Below are positions 19,213 to 27,983 of a stretch of DNA of 59,260 nt, one piece after another. Position 1 is the first letter of the stretch, and each line of letters opens with the position of its first letter. The notes under the pieces are model-generated. The model was not told where the DNA came from. It ran no database searches and saw only the letters and a program-made list of their open reading frames with translations. Both the position numbers and the translations under genes were made by a program. The stretch comes from a virus. Lineage: Duplodnaviria; Caudoviricetes. The stretch is taken from positions 1 through 59,260 of the IMG/VR virus record IMGVR_UViG_3300027741_000071. The stretch is one strand, 5' to 3'.

Positions 19213-20179
19213 GGTTTTGTGCTCGGTGGCAACCCGAGGACGTTACCATACGACGTTGCCGTTGGTGTTAAACGCCATCATTAACCAGACCAAGGTTCCG
19301 GACAAGTTGATCATCTTTGATGACAACGACGAGTTCCAAGACATGCGAAAAGAGATGATTTATCAATACTTTTTTCAAATGCTGGATATCAAGAAGATTG
19401 CGTGGGAGTGGCGGATTGCAGAAAAAAGGGGGCAGCACTTTATTCATCAGCAGGCAAACACCGCTGGATTTGATTGGGTATGGCGTGTTGACGATGATGC
19501 AATCCCAGAGCCGAATGTGCTCGAAATTTTGCATTCATATACAAAACGGAACAATAAATTAGGTGCGGTCGGCGGGGCCATTTTGACCCCGCCCAATTTC
19601 CCTGATACTTCAAAGGTGACTGGCAGGATTGACGACATAAGTAAAGAGCCCAACTGTCAATGGAATATGGTTAGCGGGGTTAAGGTTGTTGAGCATTTGC
19701 ATTGTTCTTTTTTGTATCGTGCGGGCGTATATGACTACAACTTGGGGCTGTCGCGCGTGGCGCACCGAGAAGAAACGTTGTTTACCTGGGGGCTGCACCA
19801 AAAGGGCTACCAGATTCTAGCGGTTCCAAACGCGGTGACTTGGCACATGAAGAACCCGCAGGGTGGCATTCGTAGTGAAACTAACATGGACATGTATAGA
19901 CACGATGAGGAAATATTTAATAATTTCATCCGGTGCCGCGACAAAACTATTGTGGTTCTTAATTGTGGCCGTGGGGATCATATTGTATTTAAACGTGTTC
20001 TTCCGTTGATTAAAGACCCTATTGTGTTTTCTTGCTACCCAGACATTGTTCCCGGAATGGGGATTAAAGATGCAGTTAGCTATTTTGGGCATATTGACCA
20101 ATGGAGCATCTATAAAAAAATGGGTCAATGGAATTGGACAGAGAGTTTGGAGAACGCTTTTAAAAAGTTGTACCTATGA
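19205..20179 (+). CDS. Glycosyltransferase family 2
   Basis: QTKVPDKLIIFDD, WRVDDD (DxD motif), HREET; C-terminal GRGDHIVF resembles the start of a GT9 domain. Confidence 0.82.
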   Translation: MSKVLCSVATRGRYHTTLPLVLNAIINQTKVPDKLIIFDDNDEFQDMRKEMIYQYFFQMLDIKKIAWEWRIAEKRGQHFIHQQANTAGFDWVWRVDDDAIPEPNVLEILHSYTKRNNKLGAVGGAILTPPNFPDTSKVTGRIDDISKEPNCQWNMVSGVKVVEHLHCSFLYRAGVYDYNLGLSRVAHREETLFTWGLHQKGYQILAVPNAVTWHMKNPQGGIRSETNMDMYRHDEEIFNNFIRCRDKTIVVLNCGRGDHIVFKRVLPLIKDPIVFSCYPDIVPGMGIKDAVSYFGHIDQWSIYKKMGQWNWTESLENAFKKLYL

Positions 20180-20610
20180 TAGTTATATCTCCTTATTCTC
20201 AAAAGTTAAGAACGGGTAAAGAAAACCCAAAAAATTACCCGTATTGGAAAGAGTTAATTGCGTTAATTGACGAGCCAATTGTTCAGGTTGGGGTTGACGG
20301 CGAAGATCAGCTTGTTGACGATTTTAGAAAAAATCTGTCAATGGACGAGTTGGCATCCGTCATTCGCGAATGCCGAATATGGATATCGTGCGATAGTTTC
20401 CTCCAGCATTTTGGCTGGGACTTAGGGAAAAAAGGTATCGTGTTGTGGGGCCCGTCTGATCCATTGGTATTCGGCCACCCTGAAAACGTTAACCTGTTGA
20501 AGGATCGTTCGTATTTAGTCAAAGATCAGTTTATTTGGTGGGAAGCCACGGAACACGAAAAAGAACGATTTGTGGAACCACAAGTTGTTTTGCAATATTT
20601 AAAGGAATAA
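20176..20610 (+). CDS. Glycosyltransferase family 9 (heptosyltransferase-like) C-terminal domain
   Basis: KNYPYW..L, ISCDSFLQH, GIVLWGPS.P..FGHP. Confidence 0.78.
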   Translation: MIVISPYSQKLRTGKENPKNYPYWKELIALIDEPIVQVGVDGEDQLVDDFRKNLSMDELASVIRECRIWISCDSFLQHFGWDLGKKGIVLWGPSDPLVFGHPENVNLLKDRSYLVKDQFIWWEATEHEKERFVEPQVVLQYLKE

Positions 20611-20614
20611 CAAA

Positions 20615-22114
20615 ATGGCAGCTTCAGGCTATACAAAATTACAATTATATTATAGCTCGACGTCGGGAGTCGCGCCCACAGGTACCAACTTGATCGCCGG
20701 AGAGTTGGCGCTTAACACTTTTGATGGGAAGCTGTACTTTAAAAATACAAGTGGTGCGGTAACCTTGCTGGCCTCTGCAGCTGGGGCGGCTGCGGCCACT
20801 AATATTTTTGGTGGCGCGTCCGGCCAAATCCCGTTCCAAACGGCTGCAAGCACAACCAGCTTTATCACAGCCCCTGGAACCTCTGGCACGTATTTAAGCT
20901 GGAACGGATCCGGTTTTTATTGGTCTAATGGACTCGGATTGTCGGGAACCAGCGGATATTCAGGCTTCTCTGGATTTAACGGCGCCAGTGGTTTGTCGGG
21001 CTTTAGTGGCTATTCCGGCATTTCTGGTTATAGCGGCTACAGCGGATATTCTGGCAATAACGGAACTAGCGGTTTTTCTGGTTATAGTGGAATTTCTGGT
21101 TATAGCGGTTTTAGTGGAATCTCTGGCTTTAGTGGTATTTCTGGCTTCAGCGGCTTTTCTGGTTACAGCGGTTCCGGTACTTCGGGCTACAGCGGTGCAA
21201 CCGGCACATCCGGTTTCAGTGGTTATTCGGGATTAAACGGCGCAACAGCAGCATCCGGATTTAGCGGTTACAGCGGCTATTCTGGATTCTTGGGTAACTC
21301 GGGATATTCAGGCTTTAGTGGCACTTCGGGCTACAGTGGTTCTGGCATTTCAGGCTACAGCGGATTCTCAGGCTATTCTGGCTTAGGGTTGTCTGGTTAT
21401 AGCGGCGGTAGTGGTTACAGCGGTTTAAACGGCACTTCAGGCTATTCCGGCATTTCTGGCTACTCGGGGTACAGCGGCTCTGGCGTGTCCGGCTACAGCG
21501 GTTTTAGTGGCATCTCGGGCTATTCTGGCACGACACCAACCGCGGTGGCAAACTTGTCCGGCGGATCTGTTGGCGCGCTGCCCTACCAATCAGCTGTTGG
21601 CACAACATCATTTTTAACTAACCAAACCGGTAGGGTTTTAGTTGGTGGTGCGGCTACGCCCTCATATGCCTTGCAGTCGAGTTTATCGGTTGGTTCGGCA
21701 ACAAACGTTTTGGGCGGCAACGCAAACCAAATTCCTTATCAATCTGCGACTGACACAACAGCGTTCATTACTGCACCGACAACGGGTTCTACATCAAATC
21801 CTGGTTTTGTGGCTTGGAACGGCACTGGGTTTGTTTGGTATCGTTGGTTGACTTTCTTAACATCCAGCAACATTAACGGCTCGTTAGGTTATACTGCGGC
21901 GGATGCGGCTGGTTCAAACGCTACGGGCACATGGTCAATTAGTATTACAGGTAACGCAGCAACAGCAAATTCGGTGGCCAACACTGGCGGCTGGAGCGTG
22001 ACACCAAGCGGCACTAAATTGTATTTTTCTTACAATGGCGTAAACGTGGGTTCTTTGGATTCATCCGGAAACTTCATAGCTAAAGCTAACGTAACAGCTT
22101 ACGGCACACCGTAA
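20615..22114 (+). CDS. Second fibre protein with Gly-Tyr/Phe-Ser collagen-like tract
   Basis: GELALNTFDGKLYFK head-binding-type N-term, (GYS/GFS)n tract, NVTAYG C-term. Confidence 0.8.
   Translation: MAASGYTKLQLYYSSTSGVAPTGTNLIAGELALNTFDGKLYFKNTSGAVTLLASAAGAAAATNIFGGASGQIPFQTAASTTSFITAPGTSGTYLSWNGSGFYWSNGLGLSGTSGYSGFSGFNGASGLSGFSGYSGISGYSGYSGYSGNNGTSGFSGYSGISGYSGFSGISGFSGISGFSGFSGYSGSGTSGYSGATGTSGFSGYSGLNGATAASGFSGYSGYSGFLGNSGYSGFSGTSGYSGSGISGYSGFSGYSGLGLSGYSGGSGYSGLNGTSGYSGISGYSGYSGSGVSGYSGFSGISGYSGTTPTAVANLSGGSVGALPYQSAVGTTSFLTNQTGRVLVGGAATPSYALQSSLSVGSATNVLGGNANQIPYQSATDTTAFITAPTTGSTSNPGFVAWNGTGFVWYRWLTFLTSSNINGSLGYTAADAAGSNATGTWSISITGNAATANSVANTGGWSVTPSGTKLYFSYNGVNVGSLDSSGNFIAKANVTAYGTP
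20935..21530 (+). repeat. Low-complexity coding repeat (SGY/SGF)n
   Basis: About 200 aa of G-x-S triplets; boundaries approximate. Confidence 0.85.
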
Positions 22115-22123
22115 GGAAAAACT

Positions 22124-23290
22124 ATGGCATTACCTACCGGTACCATATCACTGTCGGACGTTAACACCGAGTTGGGGTACAGCTCGACTGCACTAATTTC
22201 ACTAAATGACGCCGCCGTGCGCGCGCTCGCCGGTGTGGCAAGCGGTGCTATCAGTATGAGTGATTTGCAAGGGAAGTCGGCCCAAACTCCTGCTATTGCT
22301 TTAGCGACTTATGGCAGTCCTAACATACTTGCGTATCCTTGGTCAAGTTCCACTGGTTTTGGCACAAAGTATGCTAATCCGGCCACGCTCCCAACGGGTA
22401 ATGCAAATGGAATCGCGTTCAGTTCTGACGGAACGGCTATTGCTGTAGCTCACACAAGTACCCCATACGTAACCGCATATCCTTGGTCAAGTTCTACCGG
22501 TTTTGGCACAAAATATGCTAACCCATCTTCGCTTCCACCGGGTATTGGGCGCGCAGTTGCGTTTAGTGCTGACGGAACGGCTATTGCTGTAGCACATTTG
22601 ACGTCCCCATACATAACTGCCTACCCTTGGTCTAGTTCCACTGGTTTTGGCACAAAGTATGCTGATCCGACTACACCCCCAACGGGTAATACAAATGGAA
22701 TCGCGTTCAGTTCTGACGGAACGGCAATTGCTGTAGCGCAAACAAGTACCCCATACATAACTGCTTACCCTTGGTCAAGTTCTACCGGTTTTGGCACAAA
22801 ATATACTAACCCATCCTCGCTTCCGCCTGCGACTGGAAATGGAATTACATTTAGTCCTGACGGAACGGCTATTGCTATAGTGTGCGCAACAACACCATAT
22901 ATAAATGTTTACCCTTGGTCAAGCGCCACTGGTTTTGGCACAAAGTATGCTAATCCGGCCACGCTTCCTTCAAACATTACAAATGGAGTTGCGTTTAACC
23001 CTAGCAGTACGACCCTTGCTGTGGCGTACATATCTTCACCCTATATATCTGCCTACCCTTGGTCAGGAGCGGGTTTTGGCACAAAGTATGCCAATCCAGC
23101 AACGCTTCCGCCAGCTTTTGGAAATGGCGTTTCATTTAGTGCTGACGGCAATGCCGTTGCTATAACGCACGCAACATCCCCATACGTAACCGCGTACCCT
23201 TGGGCAAACGCCACGGGTTATGGAACAAAGTATGCTAATCCGTCCACGCTTCCGACAGGCACGGCATATGGAGTTTCTTTTAAATCTTAA
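22124..23290 (+). CDS. Fibre-tip adhesin with 7 near-identical ~46-aa repeats (putative beta-propeller)
   Basis: ISLSDVNTELG..ISLND..VR.LAG..ISMSDL.GKS attachment-type N-term; seven YPW...GFGTKYANP units. Confidence 0.78.
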   Translation: MALPTGTISLSDVNTELGYSSTALISLNDAAVRALAGVASGAISMSDLQGKSAQTPAIALATYGSPNILAYPWSSSTGFGTKYANPATLPTGNANGIAFSSDGTAIAVAHTSTPYVTAYPWSSSTGFGTKYANPSSLPPGIGRAVAFSADGTAIAVAHLTSPYITAYPWSSSTGFGTKYADPTTPPTGNTNGIAFSSDGTAIAVAQTSTPYITAYPWSSSTGFGTKYTNPSSLPPATGNGITFSPDGTAIAIVCATTPYINVYPWSSATGFGTKYANPATLPSNITNGVAFNPSSTTLAVAYISSPYISAYPWSGAGFGTKYANPATLPPAFGNGVSFSADGNAVAITHATSPYVTAYPWANATGYGTKYANPSTLPTGTAYGVSFKS

Positions 23291-23299
23291 AGGAAAATC

Positions 23300-23554
23300 A
23301 TGGAAAATCAAACACGCGAACAAATTTTGGCAGCATCTTTGGATGCCCGAGTGCAAGAGATAATGCTCTACCAAATTAATATTGACAACTACACGTCGGC
23401 GTTGGAGGTGATTGAAAGCCTTCCCGAACAAGATCGTGATGAATTAAAAGTATTTGCTAATCAACTTCAAAGCCTGTTGGCGTCCGAGATATTGGAACAG
23501 AAAAAAGCCAACATTATGTTAACGGTTGTTAAGAAACAACTTACAGCAGGATAA
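23300..23554 (+). CDS. Hypothetical helical protein
   Basis: 84-aa ORF with AAGGA RBS. Confidence 0.7.
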   Translation: MENQTREQILAASLDARVQEIMLYQINIDNYTSALEVIESLPEQDRDELKVFANQLQSLLASEILEQKKANIMLTVVKKQLTAG

Positions 23555-23562
23555 TTGTTGAT

Positions 23563-24132
23563 GTGGAACCGACCATTATTTTTGCGGCTTGCAAACTAGC
23601 GTATGAGGGAATTAAGACAGCCGTTGAAGTCTACAAAGATGTCAAGGCTACCGGCGGTGAAGTTGCAAATATTGCGGGCGAGGTTGGTGGGTTACTCTCG
23701 AAATTCTTTCACGGTCAAGATCAGCTAGAAGAAGAGCACAAAAAGAAGCAAGAAGAGACTAAAGAGTTAGCTAAGCAAGGCAAGGTTAAGAATGTAACGA
23801 TACAAGCCATTGACAATGTGATGCATGTCAGGCAAGTAAGACAGTATTACAAAGACTTGGAACACATGGTTCGCTATGAGTTGGGTATGCCTGACTTATG
23901 GGCCGAAATAAAAGAAGAGCGCGACCGACTCATTAAGGAATCACGAGAGCTTGAATTGCTACATAAACAAGCCATCGAGCAGGCAGAGGCAAAACGCCAA
24001 GAAAGAATAAGAAGAATAAAAGAAAAAATACATATTTATATAGCAAGTCTAATTGCAGTCGTTTATGTATACATTTCTTTGTGGTTATTGACTCAATTAA
24101 TAGAATACGACAAACAATGGCGATGGGGATAA
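23563..24132 (+). CDS. Coiled-coil protein with C-terminal transmembrane helix
   Basis: GTG start; hydrophobic IYIASLIAVVYVYISLWLL. Confidence 0.65.
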   Translation: MEPTIIFAACKLAYEGIKTAVEVYKDVKATGGEVANIAGEVGGLLSKFFHGQDQLEEEHKKKQEETKELAKQGKVKNVTIQAIDNVMHVRQVRQYYKDLEHMVRYELGMPDLWAEIKEERDRLIKESRELELLHKQAIEQAEAKRQERIRRIKEKIHIYIASLIAVVYVYISLWLLTQLIEYDKQWRWG

Positions 24133-24278
24133 TATTTTATGAAGTCGGATTAATCATAGCCGTCACAATTTTAGCGGTTGTGATCAGCGTTGGGGCCGCG
24201 TGGTTTGTTAAAGAACACGACAAACGAGCGGAATATTACAAGAAGCAAGCGGAAATTTGTTGGAGACAAAATAAATGA
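24117..24278 (+). CDS. Small membrane protein
   Basis: Single hydrophobic segment; lysis region. Confidence 0.55.
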   Translation: MAMGIIFYEVGLIIAVTILAVVISVGAAWFVKEHDKRAEYYKKQAEICWRQNK

Positions 24279-24772
24279 ATGATTGGTTAAAACAAATAGC
24301 GCCGACCATAGCCACGGCGTTGGGGGGCCCTTTAGCTGGACTGGCTGTAGACGCGGTGTCTAAGGCAATCGGCGTCGACCCCAAGGATGTGCAAAGCACC
24401 ATCTCTGAGGGCAAACTATCAGCGGATCAAATTGCTGCGGTTAAACAAGCTGAGATAGCCATGGCTGCCCGCGCGCAAGAGTTAGGCTTGGACTTTGAGA
24501 AGATTGCCGTAGACGACCGCAAATCAGCCAGAGACCTGCAGGCTAAGACCCAAAGCTGGATCCCCGGCGCGTTAGCAATTCTTGTAACAACCGGCTTCTT
24601 TGGGATTCTTATCGGTTTGATGATGGGCAACTTGCACACATCCGAAGCCCTTATGTTAATGCTCGGAAGTCTTGGAACAGCCTGGACTGGCATTGTGGCT
24701 TTTTACTTTGGTTCCTCCGCCGGTAGCCAGAAAAAAGACGAACTTCTCCACCAATCGACACCAACAAAATGA
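24275..24772 (+). CDS. Holin (3TM-type, putative)
   Basis: APTIATALGGPLAG, DRKSAR, C-terminal TM helices ending FYFGSS; adjacent to endolysin. Confidence 0.75.
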   Translation: MNDWLKQIAPTIATALGGPLAGLAVDAVSKAIGVDPKDVQSTISEGKLSADQIAAVKQAEIAMAARAQELGLDFEKIAVDDRKSARDLQAKTQSWIPGALAILVTTGFFGILIGLMMGNLHTSEALMLMLGSLGTAWTGIVAFYFGSSAGSQKKDELLHQSTPTK

Positions 24773-25224
24773 ACCTCTCAGAACACTTTACGCTAGAAGA
24801 AGCCACATATAGCGAGACGGCTATACGGATGCACATCAATAACCAGCCCGACGATCGCCAACTGGCAAACATGAAGTCTGCTGCACAACAATTGGAGGCA
24901 GTTCGTAATGTCACTGGCCCTATTCGTGTTAATTCTTGGCTACGCCAGCCCGATGTTAATGTGGCCGTTGGTGGTTCTAAGGTGTCGAGTCATATGGACG
25001 GGTGGGCTATTGACTGCTCTTCTTCTGCTCACACTCCTTACGAACTATGTCAAATTGTTTTAAAAGCTGGTATTAAATTTGACCAGATGATCCATGAATA
25101 CGGCCACTGGATGCATATATCCTTTGCGCCAGAAATGCGCCAGCAAGAGCTAACCATTTTCAAGCCAGAGGGTAAGTACAAACCCGGCATTTTAACCGAA
25201 TCCGAATATCACTCTAAGGCTTAA
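24769..25224 (+). CDS. Endolysin, peptidase M15A family
   Basis: LSEHFTLEE, VNSWLR, VGGS..SSH..G.A.D, DQMIHE...WMHIS. Confidence 0.88.
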   Translation: MNLSEHFTLEEATYSETAIRMHINNQPDDRQLANMKSAAQQLEAVRNVTGPIRVNSWLRQPDVNVAVGGSKVSSHMDGWAIDCSSSAHTPYELCQIVLKAGIKFDQMIHEYGHWMHISFAPEMRQQELTIFKPEGKYKPGILTESEYHSKA

Positions 25225-25226
25225 TC

Positions 25227-25466
25227 ATGGATTTACAAACATTAATAAACACTGTGCTACCATTAATCTGTGTGGCGATTGGCTGGTTTTGCAAAGAGCT
25301 TTGGACCGCGGTTATGAATTTAAAAGAAGATTTGGCACAGCTTCGCGCGCACATATCTGACAACTATTTGCGCAAAGACGATTTTTCCTCACGCTGGGAA
25401 GAGGTCCTAAAAGCTGTTCATCGGATTGAAGACAAGCTAGATCAATTGCGAGATTCAAGGGCCTAA
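25227..25466 (+). CDS. Small membrane/coiled-coil lysis-region protein
   Basis: N-terminal TM then coiled coil ending IEDKLD. Confidence 0.7.
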   Translation: MDLQTLINTVLPLICVAIGWFCKELWTAVMNLKEDLAQLRAHISDNYLRKDDFSSRWEEVLKAVHRIEDKLDQLRDSRA

Positions 25467-25489
25467 ATGGCCTTTTTTATGCATTAATA
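25459..25489 (+). promoter_or_regulatory. Putative late promoter GGGCC-N16-TGCATTAATA
   Basis: Conserved bipartite motif. Confidence 0.75.
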
Positions 25490-25537
25490 AATATAGGGAT
25501 TGATCACCCTTTTTAACATTTACCTTAAGGAAATACC

Positions 25538-26125
25538 ATGGACGGATTTAAGACACTACCTAAAATGCAGCACTTCAAAGAAGGCGGCGCAGCTTATTGT
25601 GGCGGCGGCAGCATGAAGATGAAGACTGGCGGCAAAGCTGACAAAGATGACATGAAGCAAGACAAGGCCATGATCAAAAAGGCTTTCAAGCAGCATGACG
25701 AGGCTGAGCACGACAAAGAGCCAACAGAAATCAAACTGCGCGCTGGCGGTCGTTCCAAGAAAGAAGCTGGCACTGTGCGTAAGTTCAAAGTTGGCGGCAT
25801 GGTAGATAACGACTACGGAGCCAAAAAGTCATCTGGCGACCTGGACAACATTAAAAAGACAAAAGACATAAAGCCCGGCAAAGCCAAAGCGGAGTCTGCT
25901 GCTATGAAGCGCCCAGCTTTGCGCGGTTCTGACGTTGAGAAAGAAAAGAGCAAACCAGCTGGCGAGAAGGACATGATCAAAAAAGTGCCCCCAACTGGCG
26001 ACAAAAAGGCGGATGCTGAATCCGCTGGAGAAAAGCGTCCCAGTTTCCGCGGTTCTGATGTTGAGAAAGAAAAAAGCAAACCATCTGGCGCTAAAAAGAT
26101 GAACACTGGCGGGACAGCTTGCTAA
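25538..26125 (+). CDS. Lys-rich late protein with six hydrophobic-x-x-GG motifs
   Basis: FKEGG, YCGGG, MKTGG, LRAGG, FKVGG, MNTGG; internal duplication [12 protein letters not shown]; AAGGA RBS. Confidence 0.8.
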   Translation: MDGFKTLPKMQHFKEGGAAYCGGGSMKMKTGGKADKDDMKQDKAMIKKAFKQHDEAEHDKEPTEIKLRAGGRSKKEAGTVRKFKVGGMVDNDYGAKKSSGDLDNIKKTKDIKPGKAKAESAAMKRPALRGSDVEKEKSKPAGEKDMIKKVPPTGDKKADAESAGEKRPSFRGSDVEKEKSKPSGAKKMNTGGTAC

Positions 26126-26126
26126 C

Positions 26127-26294
26127 ATGCCTTACAAGTCTAAAGACCAACAGGCGGCTATGTACGCCGCCGCTGCCGGCAAAAGCAACATTGGTATCCC
26201 CAAGAAGGTGGGTAAAGAGTTTGTGAAAGCCGGCCCAGCAAAAGAAAAACTTCCCCAAAAAGTAACGAAGCGGTCATCCGGTCGCGGAAGGTAA
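26127..26294 (+). CDS. Small basic protein (55 aa, not in ORF track)
   Basis: [35 protein letters not shown]...; fills the gap between neighbouring genes. Confidence 0.75.
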   Translation: MPYKSKDQQAAMYAAAAGKSNIGIPKKVGKEFVKAGPAKEKLPQKVTKRSSGRGR

Positions 26295-26295
26295 T

Positions 26296-27369
26296 ATGGC
26301 TTATTCAAACACGACTGGGCAAACGACAATTAACGTCGACCAGTTAATTTCATTTGCATTTCGTGATGCGGGTAAGACTGCAGAAGAGATGACGCCTGAG
26401 TTGGTCGGTGCGGCTAAGCAGGCGTTATTTTATAACTTGCAAAATTTGTCTAACCTTGGTGTAAACCTTTGGTTATTGGAAAACCAATTGTACGGTGCTT
26501 TAACACAGCAACAGCAATTGGTTTTACCTAAAACGACAATTGACGTGCGCGAAGCTAACTGGGTGTACGTACAAAATTTACAGGCGTCTGTTTATTTGCC
26601 AACAGACAACTCAACTGCACCAGCTGCGTTTGATTTAAACTCTACGTTGGCATCTTACGCAACATCGACCATAGCCAAAAATTATATTGGTTTAGGCTAC
26701 CAACAAGCACAAAGTGTATATTATGTTGGCTGGAACTGTTATGCACCAAATGGCGGAACACAGACATATAACCTGGTGTACGAGTATAGCAACGACGGTA
26801 TTAACTGGACTGTTAAGCAAACGTTTCCGGCTATTACCATGGTTGACAAACAGTGGCAGTATTACAACATCTCTATCACTGAACCGCATTTGTTTTACCG
26901 TTTGCGCGAAACAGTAGCAACAACATTCTCGGTACGTCAGATAGTATTCTCTACCAGCCAACAGGTAATTCCCTTAGCGCGTTTAAACCGAGACGACTAT
27001 TGGAACCTGCCAAACAAACAGTTCCCGTCGGTGCGATCATTGCAGTATTGGTTTGACCGCCAAATTCAACCGTCGATGTATTTATGGCCAGTGCCAAATA
27101 ACAACTACCAAATGTTCCAGCTTATTGTTGAAAAACAAATGCAAGACGTTGGGTCCTTGACAAACCAAATCTACGTGCCTGATCGCTGGATTAACTGTGT
27201 ACAAAAGCAGCTGTCGCATTCTATGTCAATGCAGTTACCTGGCGTAGAGATGGCGCGCATTAACTATCTGGATGCACAGGCCCAAAAAGCATTCTTGCAA
27301 GCCAGCGAAGAGGATCGTGACAAGTCTCCGATCTATTTCCAACCTAACTTTAGCTACTACACAAGATGA
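26296..27369 (+). CDS. Head-tail adaptor-like virion protein with inserted beta-sandwich domain
   Basis: N.GVNLW, LARLNRDDY.NLPNK, YLWPVP, EEDRDK; central EYSNDG..W..YRL insertion. Confidence 0.65.
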   Translation: MAYSNTTGQTTINVDQLISFAFRDAGKTAEEMTPELVGAAKQALFYNLQNLSNLGVNLWLLENQLYGALTQQQQLVLPKTTIDVREANWVYVQNLQASVYLPTDNSTAPAAFDLNSTLASYATSTIAKNYIGLGYQQAQSVYYVGWNCYAPNGGTQTYNLVYEYSNDGINWTVKQTFPAITMVDKQWQYYNISITEPHLFYRLRETVATTFSVRQIVFSTSQQVIPLARLNRDDYWNLPNKQFPSVRSLQYWFDRQIQPSMYLWPVPNNNYQMFQLIVEKQMQDVGSLTNQIYVPDRWINCVQKQLSHSMSMQLPGVEMARINYLDAQAQKAFLQASEEDRDKSPIYFQPNFSYYTR

Positions 27370-27980
27370 GCGCCATAATGACCTATGATTCGCTCGTAGC
27401 GAATATTATTGACTATATGGAACGCGACGACGCAGATTTCGTTGCGGCTATTCCCGGCATGATTGCGCTGGCTGAGTCTTCAATCGCTGCTGAATTGCGG
27501 TCTTACATCCAGCTCATCGTTGTTGAAACAAATCTGGCACAAAACCAAGTTACATTGACCAAGCCCGCGCGCTGGCGTAAAACCGTCAGCATGAAGGTAA
27601 ATGGCCAGCCCATGTTGTTGCGCAGCCAAGATTATCTGGCGCAATATCAAGCGGAATCCACAAACGGAATGCCTAAGTATTATGCGGAATATGATTTTTC
27701 TAACTGGGCGTTTGCTCCAAAACCGGATGCATCGTACCCAGTGGAAATTATCTATTACGCTGAAATTCAACCATTGGATAGCGTCAATCAACAAAACCTG
27801 TGGACCTCTGTGGCACCGCAGGCCATGTTGTTTGGGTCCTTGCTGCAAGCTCAGGGCTATTTAAAGGCGCTCGATAAGCTGCCGGTATGGAAAGCATACT
27901 ACACCGACGCAATTGCTGCGCTTAAGAAAGAAGACGATCTGCGCCGCGTTGACCGTAACACATCAGTACAGGAACCATAA
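27366..27980 (+). CDS. Tail adaptor/tubular protein (putative)
   Basis: MTYDSL...DY.ER, G.PKYYA, APKPD..Y, LFGSL.A..YLK. Confidence 0.65.
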   Translation: MSAIMTYDSLVANIIDYMERDDADFVAAIPGMIALAESSIAAELRSYIQLIVVETNLAQNQVTLTKPARWRKTVSMKVNGQPMLLRSQDYLAQYQAESTNGMPKYYAEYDFSNWAFAPKPDASYPVEIIYYAEIQPLDSVNQQNLWTSVAPQAMLFGSLLQAQGYLKALDKLPVWKAYYTDAIAALKKEDDLRRVDRNTSVQEP

Positions 27981-27983
27981 TAA

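Noticed and set aside
12987-23290. Diversity-generating retroelement acting on fibre genes
   Set aside because: No reverse transcriptase and no template/variable repeat pair differing only at adenines.
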